From positions 8,147-40,146 of the forward strand of contig NZ_JAFCJT010000023.1 of NCBI RefSeq assembly GCF_018130785.1: a stretch of 32,000 nt of DNA. Reading direction: 5' to 3'. Origin of the DNA: Bradyrhizobium liaoningense. GTDB lineage: Bacteria > Pseudomonadota > Alphaproteobacteria > Rhizobiales > Xanthobacteraceae. A model generated the notes under the pieces. That model was not told the DNA's origin, ran no database searches, and was given only the letters and a program-made list of their open reading frames with translations. The position numbers were made by a program, and so were the translations under genes. Of this stretch, positions 1 through 7,992 are shown piece after piece. Within the stretch, counting starts at the first letter, position 1, and every line of letters begins with the position of its first letter.

Positions 1-465
1 TCCGTTGCGGTGAACGGCATCGACGCTTACGCCGTCCTCGTCTTGGCGTATCTCCTCGCAGGTCCAACCGTAGAGAGTTTCGATCGCAGAGATTTGTGCC
101 GCTCTCCGACGTAGCACGGCTTCGGTCGCGTATTGCGGCAGCCGCTCGTTGTCGGTGAAATAGAAGGGACGAACCAACTCGCGCTGCAGCCAATCGTAGG
201 CGTAACCGCTGAGCAATGTGCCGTAGCTCGTCATGCCGCCGATGCCGTAATCCCGCGGGATGGTGCGTGCGGCGCGCAATTCGTCATCCGCCCCCCAGAA
301 ATAGAAGTGCTCCAGGGTGCGCTGCGTCAGGTTCTGTCCCTTCGGGATCGGCAGCAATTCGGTGTGGCGCTCCACCACGATGGAGCGGACGCCCCGCAAG
401 CCAAGATCGATTGCAAGCCCGATGCCGACCGGCCCTCCGCCGACGATGACGACGGGAGCCTCCAT
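1..465 (-). CDS. FAD-dependent aromatic-ring monooxygenase (PheA/TfdB/MhpA-like), N-terminal part; gene runs off the left edge
   Basis: Absent from the ORF track because it has no stop in the window. The reverse complement of 361-465 reads MEAPVVIVGGGPVGIGLAIDLGLRGVRSIVVERHT..., a GxGxxG FAD-binding Rossmann N-terminus, and stays open to position 1. The listed + ORF 133..474 is its antisense shadow. Confidence 0.8.
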   Translation of the reverse strand, partial: MEAPVVIVGGGPVGIGLAIDLGLRGVRSIVVERHTELLPIPKGQNLTQRTLEHFYFWGADDELRAARTIPRDYGIGGMTSYGTLLSGYAYDWLQRELVRPFYFTDNERLPQYATEAVLRRRAAQISAIETLYGWTCEEIRQDEDGVSVDAVHRNG

Positions 466-510
466 TTGAGTTGAGTTCGCCATCCTAGTATTCGTTCTCG
501 TGAGGTCCGA

Positions 511-2349
511 TCATACTCGATCTCTTTCAAACGCATTCCGCAAAGGCTCGTCGCGATGCAGGCTCAGAGCCGTACGAACCATCGCGAGATGAGAAAATGC
601 CTGGGGGAAGTTGCCAACCTGCAACCCGGCTCTGGTGTCATATTCTTCGCTGAAAAGGCCGAGGTCGTTACGCAGAGCGAGTAAACGGTCAAGCAGCGCG
701 TTTGCTTTTGCGATCCGACCTTGCATTTGGTACACGTCGGCAAGCCAGAAACTGCATGCTAGAAAAGCTCCCTCTCCAGCCGGGAGCCCATCCACGCCAT
801 TCTCGGTTCTGTAGCGCAACACCAACCCATCCGAAACCAGCTCACGTTCAATCGCGGCCACTGTTCGAGCAACGCGAGGATCATTAATTGGCAAAAATCC
901 TACCGCCGGCATCAGAAGCAGGCTGGCATCCAATTCATAATTATCGAAGCTTTGCGTGAAGGTCCGTCGCCCAGTATTATACCCCCTCGCACATACGGTG
1001 CGATGAATCTCATCGCGGATTGCGCGCCACCGATCAATCGGCGCCTCATAACCGTATTTCTCCGCGTCCTTAATGCCACGATCAAACGCGACCCAGGCCA
1101 TGACCTTCGAGTGAGTAAAATGTCGCCTTCCACCCCGCACTTCCCAAATACCGTCGTCAGGCTCTTTCCAAATTCTTTCCAGGTGGTCTAGTGCGACGCT
1201 TTGCAACGATCGCCCCGCGACGAATGGAGCTAGGCCGCTTTTCCGAGCTACATGCAGCGCATCCGCTATTTCCCCCCAGACATCAAGTTGCAGCTGGTCC
1301 GATGCCGCGTTGCCGACCCGGACGGGAGACGATCCTCGATAGCCCGGAAGCCAAGCGACCTCCCACTCATTCAGCCGACGTTCGCCGCTTAAACCGTACA
1401 TGATTTGAAAATCATGAGGACTGCCCGCCACTGCACGCTGAAACCAGTGGCGCCAAGCTACGGCTTCCTCGTAGTAACCTGCGCCCATCAGGGCGATCAG
1501 TGAGAGCGTTGCATCGCGTACCCAACAATAGCGATAGTCCCAGTTGCGCGAGGCGCCGACTTGCTCGGGCAATGAGGTCGTTGGCGCGGCGACAATTCCG
1601 CCCGTCTCAACAAAAGTTAGCGCCTTCAGCGTCAGCAGAGAGCGCATTACCGCTTCGCGGCGATGTCCGTAATAAGTGCAACGTGCGGACCACTTCTGCC
1701 AGAAAACTTCGGTCTCGTTGAACGCAAGATCAGCATCCATGGCGGCGGGCGGAGGCCGATGCGATGGACTGTAGGTAAGGACGAATGGTATCCTATCGCC
1801 GCTGGAAATCGTGAAGTCGGCGGTGGTCGAAAGGTCTTCTCCTTTCAAATTGACAGGTGTTCGCAGCGCAACAAGGTTTGGGCCAGCAATGGCGACGATT
1901 CCTCCCTTGTCGGGTAGCTGGGAGACCCAAGGGACAGCCGAGCCGTAGTCGAAGCGAAACGTGAGCTCCATGCGAACCCGCGAATGCCCCGATCGTCCCT
2001 CGACAATGCGGATGATCGAAGAAGCGGACTGATTCATCGGCATGAAATCGATGACAGCAAAGGACCCGTTCCGAACCGTAAGAATCGTCTCCAGTATCAT
2101 GGTGTCGCCACGATAGGACCGCGAGGTCTTGTACGAAGGGTCAGAAGGCGCGATCGACCATCGACCGTGAGTTCGGTTTCCCAACAACGCGGCGAAGCAC
2201 GCTGCGCTATCGAAACGAGGCCAGCACAGCCAATCAATGGAGCCATTTCTGCCAATCAGAGCCGCCGTCGTGCAGTCACCGATAAGTCCGTAGTCTTCAA
2301 TCCGCAAAGGACCATCAAATCCTTTCTGGAATCGACTGGAGGCATCCAT
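511..2349 (-). CDS. Glycoside hydrolase family 15 protein (glucoamylase/trehalase-type)
   Basis: 612-aa ORF with ATG start. The N-terminus IEDYGLIGDCTTAALIGRNGSIDWLCWPRFDSAACFAALLG and later WDYRYCWVRDA and SFWLADVY motifs are typical of bacterial GH15 enzymes. Confidence 0.9.
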   Translation of the reverse strand: MDASSRFQKGFDGPLRIEDYGLIGDCTTAALIGRNGSIDWLCWPRFDSAACFAALLGNRTHGRWSIAPSDPSYKTSRSYRGDTMILETILTVRNGSFAVIDFMPMNQSASSIIRIVEGRSGHSRVRMELTFRFDYGSAVPWVSQLPDKGGIVAIAGPNLVALRTPVNLKGEDLSTTADFTISSGDRIPFVLTYSPSHRPPPAAMDADLAFNETEVFWQKWSARCTYYGHRREAVMRSLLTLKALTFVETGGIVAAPTTSLPEQVGASRNWDYRYCWVRDATLSLIALMGAGYYEEAVAWRHWFQRAVAGSPHDFQIMYGLSGERRLNEWEVAWLPGYRGSSPVRVGNAASDQLQLDVWGEIADALHVARKSGLAPFVAGRSLQSVALDHLERIWKEPDDGIWEVRGGRRHFTHSKVMAWVAFDRGIKDAEKYGYEAPIDRWRAIRDEIHRTVCARGYNTGRRTFTQSFDNYELDASLLLMPAVGFLPINDPRVARTVAAIERELVSDGLVLRYRTENGVDGLPAGEGAFLACSFWLADVYQMQGRIAKANALLDRLLALRNDLGLFSEEYDTRAGLQVGNFPQAFSHLAMVRTALSLHRDEPLRNAFERDRV

Positions 2350-2610
2350 CTTCTCACCATGGGCCGGTTTGTGGAATCAGCGCCTACCCTCGTTCAACGA
2401 ACTAAGGTCATCCATGAATTTGTTCGATGCCTTAGTCGTCCTGGCTTTTGAGATGGCGATCACCATGCCGTTCCACTGTCGCGAAAAGACGAGACGTCGC
2501 CCCCCGCTCGAAGAGACAAGATTCAATAATGACTTGCCTCATACCGTCTAAAGCTTGACCGCATCGGCCTGTCGTGAGGATAATGCAACTAGGTGACCAG
2601 CCTCACCATT

Positions 2611-2640
2611 CAATGTATGTTTTGTCGGCAACATACATTG
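2611..2640. repeat. Perfect 11-bp inverted repeat CAATGTATGTT-N8-AACATACATTG (hairpin or operator candidate)
   Basis: Read directly from the sequence. Lies in the 729-bp gap between GH15 and the response regulator. No T-tract on either side, so it is not a classical intrinsic terminator. Confidence 0.4.
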
Positions 2641-3078
2641 GTATGAGAAGACTCGCGCTTGCGTTTCGGCTGTGAGGACGAATGCTTAGAGATCGGCCAC
2701 CTCAGCATCCAAGAGCAAATGCCCCAACCTTCGATAGCGTTCGGCATTTCGTCTCCCTGACTTTGGTGACCTCCACAATCTGTGCCTGGGTTCCAACGCC
2801 GGGTCAGCGCGGCCGCTACCGTGGAGATCATCCAACGCGACCCATTCCTAGAACCGGGTATTATTCCTTCGTTTAGTTATTGGGCACCCAAAGCGGGGTA
2901 GCAATTCCGAGGAGGCGGCACCAAGATGAAGATGCAACAAGACAGGTCATGCCGCCATGAGAAACGCTGACCGCACATCCGAAGCATCCGGTGTTCACGC
3001 TCGGACAATGGATCGCGGCACCCGAAGAGGGGCTTACGGTCAACGATATCGTGTAGAGCCTGGAACTGGTATGGTACG

Positions 3079-3708
3079 GTGATGGCACCCAACGAGAGGC
3101 CGTTAGTGCATGTGGTTGACGATGACGCGTCAATGCGCGACGCGCTCGAGAGTTTGCTTGAGTCATTAAAGCTAGAGACCCGAACGTACGCGACGGCACG
3201 CGACTTCCTTGCCTCGACACTCACAGACAGGCCAGGATGCATTGTCCTGGATATTCGCTTGCCCGACATGAATGGGCTGGATTTTCATGCTCGGCTAATC
3301 GATCTGGGTGTGTTGCTGCCGGTCATAATAATGACGGGACACGGCACCATTCCCATGACGGTTCGTGCAATGAAGCACGGCGCAGTGGATTTTCTACCAA
3401 AACCCTTCCAGGACCAGGACATGATAGATGCCGTCCTCGGCGCCATCGAGCGTGATCGACAGCGACGTCCCGTCCAGGATAAGGCCTCGCAGATACAGCA
3501 AAGGTTCGGAACGCTTACCCCTCGCGAGCAGGAGGTGATGCTGCTGGTGGCGGAGGGTAAGATGAACAAGCAGATAGCTGGAGATCTCGGGATCCGGGAG
3601 ATTACCGTAAAAATTCATAGGGGCGTTGCAATGCGCAAGATGGCCGCGCACAGCCTGGCTGACCTCGTTCGGATGGCCGAAGTGCTCAAATCCAAGGGGC
3701 AATCATAA
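3079..3708 (+). CDS. Two-component response regulator, receiver + LuxR/FixJ-type HTH
   Basis: Receiver motifs VHVVDDDASMRDAL, VLDIRLPDMNG and DFLPKPF. C-terminal LTPREQEVMLLVAEGKMNKQIAGDLGIREITVKIHR is a GerE/LuxR HTH. The ORF opens GTG(3079)-ATG(3082), so the true start may be 3082. Confidence 0.9.
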   Translation: MMAPNERPLVHVVDDDASMRDALESLLESLKLETRTYATARDFLASTLTDRPGCIVLDIRLPDMNGLDFHARLIDLGVLLPVIIMTGHGTIPMTVRAMKHGAVDFLPKPFQDQDMIDAVLGAIERDRQRRPVQDKASQIQQRFGTLTPREQEVMLLVAEGKMNKQIAGDLGIREITVKIHRGVAMRKMAAHSLADLVRMAEVLKSKGQS

Positions 3709-3732
3709 CAATCCGGAAGAAGGATGAGGTGA

Positions 3733-4098
3733 GTGTCAAGAGAGCTCTCAATCGCAGTCATCGATGATGACGACTCGTTCCGAACGGCGCTCCTTGAGTC
3801 GCTTGATTCGCTGGGATACCGCGCCCATGGCTTCCCGTCTGCGGAAGAGTTTCTTGCCGAGGGGCTAGGATCGTGCGACTGCGTCATCACTGATATTCAG
3901 ATGCCCGGCATGAGCGGGCTCGACCTAAAACGGTTGCTTGCGGCTCGTGGCTCGGCGATGCCACTTATCATGATCACCGCGCGCGCGGACCCGGACCTGG
4001 AAGCTAAAGCCATAGCCAGCGGCGCTGTCGGCTTTCTCAGAAAGCCATTCGCAACGGATGTTCTGATCTGCTGTCTCGAAAATACGCCAAATTTCTGA
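3733..4098 (+). CDS. Stand-alone CheY-like receiver domain protein
   Basis: 121 aa with GTG start. IAVIDDDDSFR, VITDIQMPGMSG and FLRKPF give the receiver acidic pocket, phospho-Asp and conserved Lys. No output domain. Begins 24 nt after the FixJ-type gene. Confidence 0.85.
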   Translation: MSRELSIAVIDDDDSFRTALLESLDSLGYRAHGFPSAEEFLAEGLGSCDCVITDIQMPGMSGLDLKRLLAARGSAMPLIMITARADPDLEAKAIASGAVGFLRKPFATDVLICCLENTPNF

Positions 4099-4206
4099 CC
4101 CGTAAGCGATACCTGCAGGGCCAATCGATACCCACGCCGCAGCCGCCTCGAGCTGGATGAGAGTCCGCCGAACCTTCACTCCAAAACTAATTGGTCCAAG
4201 CTGGCG

Positions 4207-4235
4207 GCTGCTGCCTTCAGGTACCTGACAGCAGC
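4207..4235 (+). terminator. Candidate stem-loop downstream of the receiver gene
   Basis: GCTGCTG(cct)TCAGGTACCTGACAGCAGC is a 13-bp stem with a 3-nt bulge around a GTAC centre. Only a weak T-containing tail (ATCTTAT) follows. Confidence 0.25.
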
Positions 4236-4328
4236 ATCTTATACGTTGAGATGATAGATTTCCTCCGAAGGTGGAATAGCAGGTTGGCAACCGGATTTGG
4301 ATGATGCGTCATATTTCCAAGATCGAAA

Positions 4329-6293
4329 ATGACGATGTCCAACCGCTACGACTTCCCCGCGTTCGCATCGCGTGCTTGGAAGCGCATCAAGCCCGGGCTC
4401 GTTCATGGGCTGACCATGACGGCCTCGGTGTTCCTGGCGCTGTACATCGCTTTCGAGCTGCAGATCGACGATCCGTCCTGGGCTGGCGTATCCGCAGGTC
4501 ATACCATCCTTCCCGCTCTTGGGTCTTCGCTGAATAAGGCACTCTATCGGGTCATAGGCACGGTGATCGGAGCCGCTGCAACGGTCGTGTTAACTGCCAT
4601 GTTTCCTCAAAGCCGCTTGGGCTTTCTGACGGGCGTGGTGGTGTGGGTCTCAGCATGCGGCTTTATTGCAGTATTCTTCAAGAACTTCAGGGCCTACGCG
4701 GCGATGCTGGCCGGATATACGATGGCGATCATCGCCGCGGATACCGTTGGCTCACCCGATAAGGTATTTGAGGTTGCGATCGCTCGTTCGGCCGCGATCA
4801 TCATCGGAGTTCTCTGCGCCACGCTCGTTCAAGGACTGAGCGACTTCGGCAGCGCGCGCCGCAAGTTGACGGACGGATTTGCAGAGATCGTCGCCGACAT
4901 CCAAAAGACTTTCGTCGGCTGGGTCGCAAATCCCACCACTGGCACAGCAACGAAAGCATTGCAAAGTGTCATCAAGCGTATTGCTGCGCTTGACACTGTT
5001 CTGGACGATGCGATTGGTGAATCTTCCGAGCTACGCCAGCGTTCCGCCATCCTGCATCAGGCGACGTCGGCAATGTTCGGCGCGGTATCCTCATGGTGCA
5101 CCCTTGAGGCGTACTTGGCGCGTGGATCGGCCGGGGAGATGCGCGCAACGTTGAACGCCGCCCAAATTGTCGTAGCACCCACGCCAGCCGGACGCACCTG
5201 GGCCGATTTCCGGGACGATTGGGCTAAGCGCGCTATGGAACTCCGGCAGTTACCGTCACGCGACATTTCCGTGAGAGTTGTCGCGGACGCTGCCGGCGAG
5301 GTCGCCTTGCGCTTAAGCGATGCAGCAAATGGCCTGGTCTTGCTGACCGATCCCGCGCGGGCGATCGCTCCCCAACAACAGGTCTGCCAGCCTATTGCAC
5401 AGGTCAGACCCGCTTTTATCAACGCGCTGCGGGTAGCAGCCTCAACCAGCGCCGCCGTCCTGCTGTGGATCGCGACAGCGTGGCCGAACGGACTATCCGC
5501 CATCACATTTGCAGCTCTAATTCCGCTGCGGATGTCCGGGCGCCCGCCACAGGTGGCCTCGGGCTTCTTTTTCGGCTCGATCCTGGCTGCCGTCGCCGCG
5601 GCGATCGTACAATTCGCAGTGCTCCCGAACCACGAGTCGTTCCTCGCGCTTACCATCCTTGCGGGGGCCGTCCTGGCAATCTTTGCGGCGATGTCGCAGA
5701 TCAGCGATTCCTGGGGGATCTTTAGACCCGCAGCTGTTATGTATCTACCTCTTCTGTCACTGAGCAACGAGCTCAGCGTCGACACGATCACTTTCATCAA
5801 TAACGCGGTCGGCATTCTAGCGGGATGCGCATTCGGCGCGCTAGCCTTCCGCCTTCTCCCGAATATCGATGCCGCAACTCAGTCGCAGCGATTGCGTGAA
5901 CTCATGTGGCGCGATCTGCGCATCCTCGCTGCACACGCGCCGGACACCCATTCTCTGAACCGCTGGCGAGAAGTGACCTTCGCTCGGTTGCTTGCCTTGC
6001 CAGCATCGGCGACCGCGGCAAGCTTCGAGCACATTCACATGATCTACGAGGTTGGCTTCTACATCCGCCAGATCGGACGTTGGGGTACACCACGGCAGAT
6101 CACGTCAATAGCTAACGCGATCGCTGCCCTAATCCGTGGCGAGATCACCTTGGCTCGTCAGATGTTGCGAGGCCTCGACGATACTCGAGTATTCAACCCA
6201 ACGGACCAAGCCGCACTGCGCACACAGGGAGCCATCCGCGGCCTGCGGCAACGCATCGATGCGGCGGCGCCGATCGGCAGGGGATTCCCGTGA
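4329..6293 (+). CDS. FUSC family (fusaric acid resistance / AaeB-like) inner-membrane efflux protein
   Basis: 654 aa with two hydrophobic multi-helix blocks separated by a soluble central region. The N-terminus ...LVHGLTMTASVFLALYIAFELQIDDPSWAGVSA is typical of FUSC/AaeB. Its stop overlaps the next gene's start (GTGA). Confidence 0.9.
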   Translation: MTMSNRYDFPAFASRAWKRIKPGLVHGLTMTASVFLALYIAFELQIDDPSWAGVSAGHTILPALGSSLNKALYRVIGTVIGAAATVVLTAMFPQSRLGFLTGVVVWVSACGFIAVFFKNFRAYAAMLAGYTMAIIAADTVGSPDKVFEVAIARSAAIIIGVLCATLVQGLSDFGSARRKLTDGFAEIVADIQKTFVGWVANPTTGTATKALQSVIKRIAALDTVLDDAIGESSELRQRSAILHQATSAMFGAVSSWCTLEAYLARGSAGEMRATLNAAQIVVAPTPAGRTWADFRDDWAKRAMELRQLPSRDISVRVVADAAGEVALRLSDAANGLVLLTDPARAIAPQQQVCQPIAQVRPAFINALRVAASTSAAVLLWIATAWPNGLSAITFAALIPLRMSGRPPQVASGFFFGSILAAVAAAIVQFAVLPNHESFLALTILAGAVLAIFAAMSQISDSWGIFRPAAVMYLPLLSLSNELSVDTITFINNAVGILAGCAFGALAFRLLPNIDAATQSQRLRELMWRDLRILAAHAPDTHSLNRWREVTFARLLALPASATAASFEHIHMIYEVGFYIRQIGRWGTPRQITSIANAIAALIRGEITLARQMLRGLDDTRVFNPTDQAALRTQGAIRGLRQRIDAAAPIGRGFP

Positions 6294-6502
6294 ATTTCGT
6301 AGAACTTAATGTCTATGGCGTCTTGATATCGCCTCTGGCGGCGATCATGACCGTCGCTTTTCTGGTTCTCATCTTGCTGAGACGGTTCATCGCTGCGACG
6401 GGTTTGTCGCGTCACATCTGGCATCCCGCGCTCTTCGATGTGTCGCTCTATCTGATCATCTTGTCGTTCCTGGTGATGGCAACGAGATGGCATGGCAGCT
6501 GA
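6290..6502 (+). CDS. DUF1656 (AaeX-like) small membrane protein
   Basis: 70 aa, two TM helices, HIWHPALFDVSLYLIILSFLV motif. Occupies the canonical position between the FUSC and HlyD genes. GTG start overlaps the FUSC stop. Confidence 0.85.
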   Translation: MNFVELNVYGVLISPLAAIMTVAFLVLILLRRFIAATGLSRHIWHPALFDVSLYLIILSFLVMATRWHGS

Positions 6503-6513
6503 AGTGAGAAACT

Positions 6514-7587
6514 ATGTCTACTGACGTGTTCGACGAGACGTTCGAAGGCCCGCCCGATGCGCGCGCAAAGAAGGCGGAGCCATCTTCAGTCGCTACCGAG
6601 GTGGCCGATGGTCCGGCAACCTCCCAGGAGCTGAGCGCAGTCTTGCCATCGCGGCCGCGTATCTGGTGGCTCGCCGTGCTGACAACGATCGGAATCGCGA
6701 TAGTTGCCTGCTGCGCGACTTACATCGCCTGGCAGACCTTTATGGGTACCCCGTGGACCCGCGATGCGACGGTACGCGTCTACGTGGTCTCGATGGCGAG
6801 CGAAGTCTCCGGTCGCGTTGTCTCGCTGCCAGTGAAGGACAATCAGTTCGTTCGTGCTGGCGATTTGCTGATGAAAATTGATCCGCGCGACTACAAGATC
6901 GCCGTCGATCTGGCGCAGGCAAAGGTTGATCAGGCGAGCGCTGATCTTGAGAACAAGAAGATCTTGGCCGCGCGACGCCTTCAGTTAAGTACCCTTGCGG
7001 TCTCTCGCGAAGAGCAAGGTACCTTCGTCACGAGCGCGAAGATGGCCGAAGCAGCGCTCCAGCAAGATCGAGCGGACCTCGATCGTGCCATTACCAATTT
7101 GCAGCGAACCGAAATACGATCCCCTGTAAACGGTTGGGTCACGAATCTGCAAACTCGCGTGGGCGACTATGCCGACAAGGGGCAAAGAAGCCTCTCGATC
7201 GTGGACGCAGGCTCGTTTTGGATAGACGGCTATTTTGAGGAGACACAGGTTGGTCAAATCAAGGTAGGTGATCCGGTCAAAGCCAAGTTGATGGGCTATG
7301 ACGAGGTCATTGGCGGCCATGTTGAGAGTGTCGCGCACGGCATTAATATCAACAATGCGCAACCAGATTCCGTTGGCCTCGCGCAGGTCGACCCAATCTT
7401 TACCTGGGTTCGCCTTGCGCAGCGCGTTCCTGTTCGCGTAGCGCTGGACCAGGTACCAGCCGACATTCGACTGGTGGCGGGAATGACGGCGACCCTCCAG
7501 GTCGAGACACTGGCGGGCTGCAAGCCGACATTCCTCAGGTTTCTACACATCTCGTGCCGCTCAATGGCCGGAAATATCAACCGCTAG
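6514..7587 (+). CDS. HlyD-family periplasmic adaptor (AaeA-like)
   Basis: 357 aa with an N-terminal TM anchor (IWWLAVLTTIGIAIVACCATYIAW). Followed by a lipoyl/hairpin region: VSGRVVSLPVKDNQFVRAGDLLMKIDPRDYKIAVDLAQAKVDQA...IRSPVNGWVTNL. Confidence 0.9.
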   Translation: MSTDVFDETFEGPPDARAKKAEPSSVATEVADGPATSQELSAVLPSRPRIWWLAVLTTIGIAIVACCATYIAWQTFMGTPWTRDATVRVYVVSMASEVSGRVVSLPVKDNQFVRAGDLLMKIDPRDYKIAVDLAQAKVDQASADLENKKILAARRLQLSTLAVSREEQGTFVTSAKMAEAALQQDRADLDRAITNLQRTEIRSPVNGWVTNLQTRVGDYADKGQRSLSIVDAGSFWIDGYFEETQVGQIKVGDPVKAKLMGYDEVIGGHVESVAHGININNAQPDSVGLAQVDPIFTWVRLAQRVPVRVALDQVPADIRLVAGMTATLQVETLAGCKPTFLRFLHISCRSMAGNINR

Positions 7588-7615
7588 CAACTCTAACCCG
7601 AGATGGATAACCCAT

Positions 7616-7915
7616 ATGGCATACCTGACAGTTGCGCTCTTCTCCGTGGTGGCCAACAGTGCGGCTCTGTCCGGTTACCCGACTCAAGTCATTGACGGGC
7701 TGACGGCGAATCCGACTGCTCCTGTCACCTGTGCGCTGACCAAGCATCGCCAACCAATCAAGGGTAATCTCGCCGCGCCGGCGCGTGAGGGCACGGCGGG
7801 GGCAGACACGCGGGATTCGAGAATCGATAGGGAAATTGATGCCATCGATAAGGAGATTACGACGGAGAACAAGGAACTCGATCGAAAAATCAACAGCATC
7901 TGTCGTGGGTGCTGA
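7616..7915 (+). CDS. Hypothetical small protein with C-terminal ...ELDRKINSICRGC motif
   Basis: 99-aa ORF, the only plausible one in the 405-bp gap. Hydrophobic N-terminus, repeated IDxEID/ELDRKI acidic heptad-like segment, terminal CRGC. I recall (unverified) similar ICRGC-ended small hypothetical proteins in Rhizobiales. The SD is weak and the start uncertain. Confidence 0.4.
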   Translation: MAYLTVALFSVVANSAALSGYPTQVIDGLTANPTAPVTCALTKHRQPIKGNLAAPAREGTAGADTRDSRIDREIDAIDKEITTENKELDRKINSICRGC

Positions 7916-7992
7916 CTGTGGCAAAGAGGCCGGAGGACCGTCTGTCCGAACAAGGCGCCACAGTGAAAATGTTTGGCAGTTATTCAATACCG

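Noticed and set aside
133-474. 113-aa + strand ORF at the left edge
   Set aside because: It is antisense to a much better minus-strand reading frame (MEAPVVIVGGGPVG... FAD monooxygenase). Its own translation has no recognisable motifs.
3062-3066. GGAAC pentamers near other gene starts (3062 + strand; 2468-2472 minus strand upstream of GH15) as extra EcfG promoters
   Set aside because: No (C/A)GTT element lies at N16-17 from either. The first is only 13 nt from the start codon.
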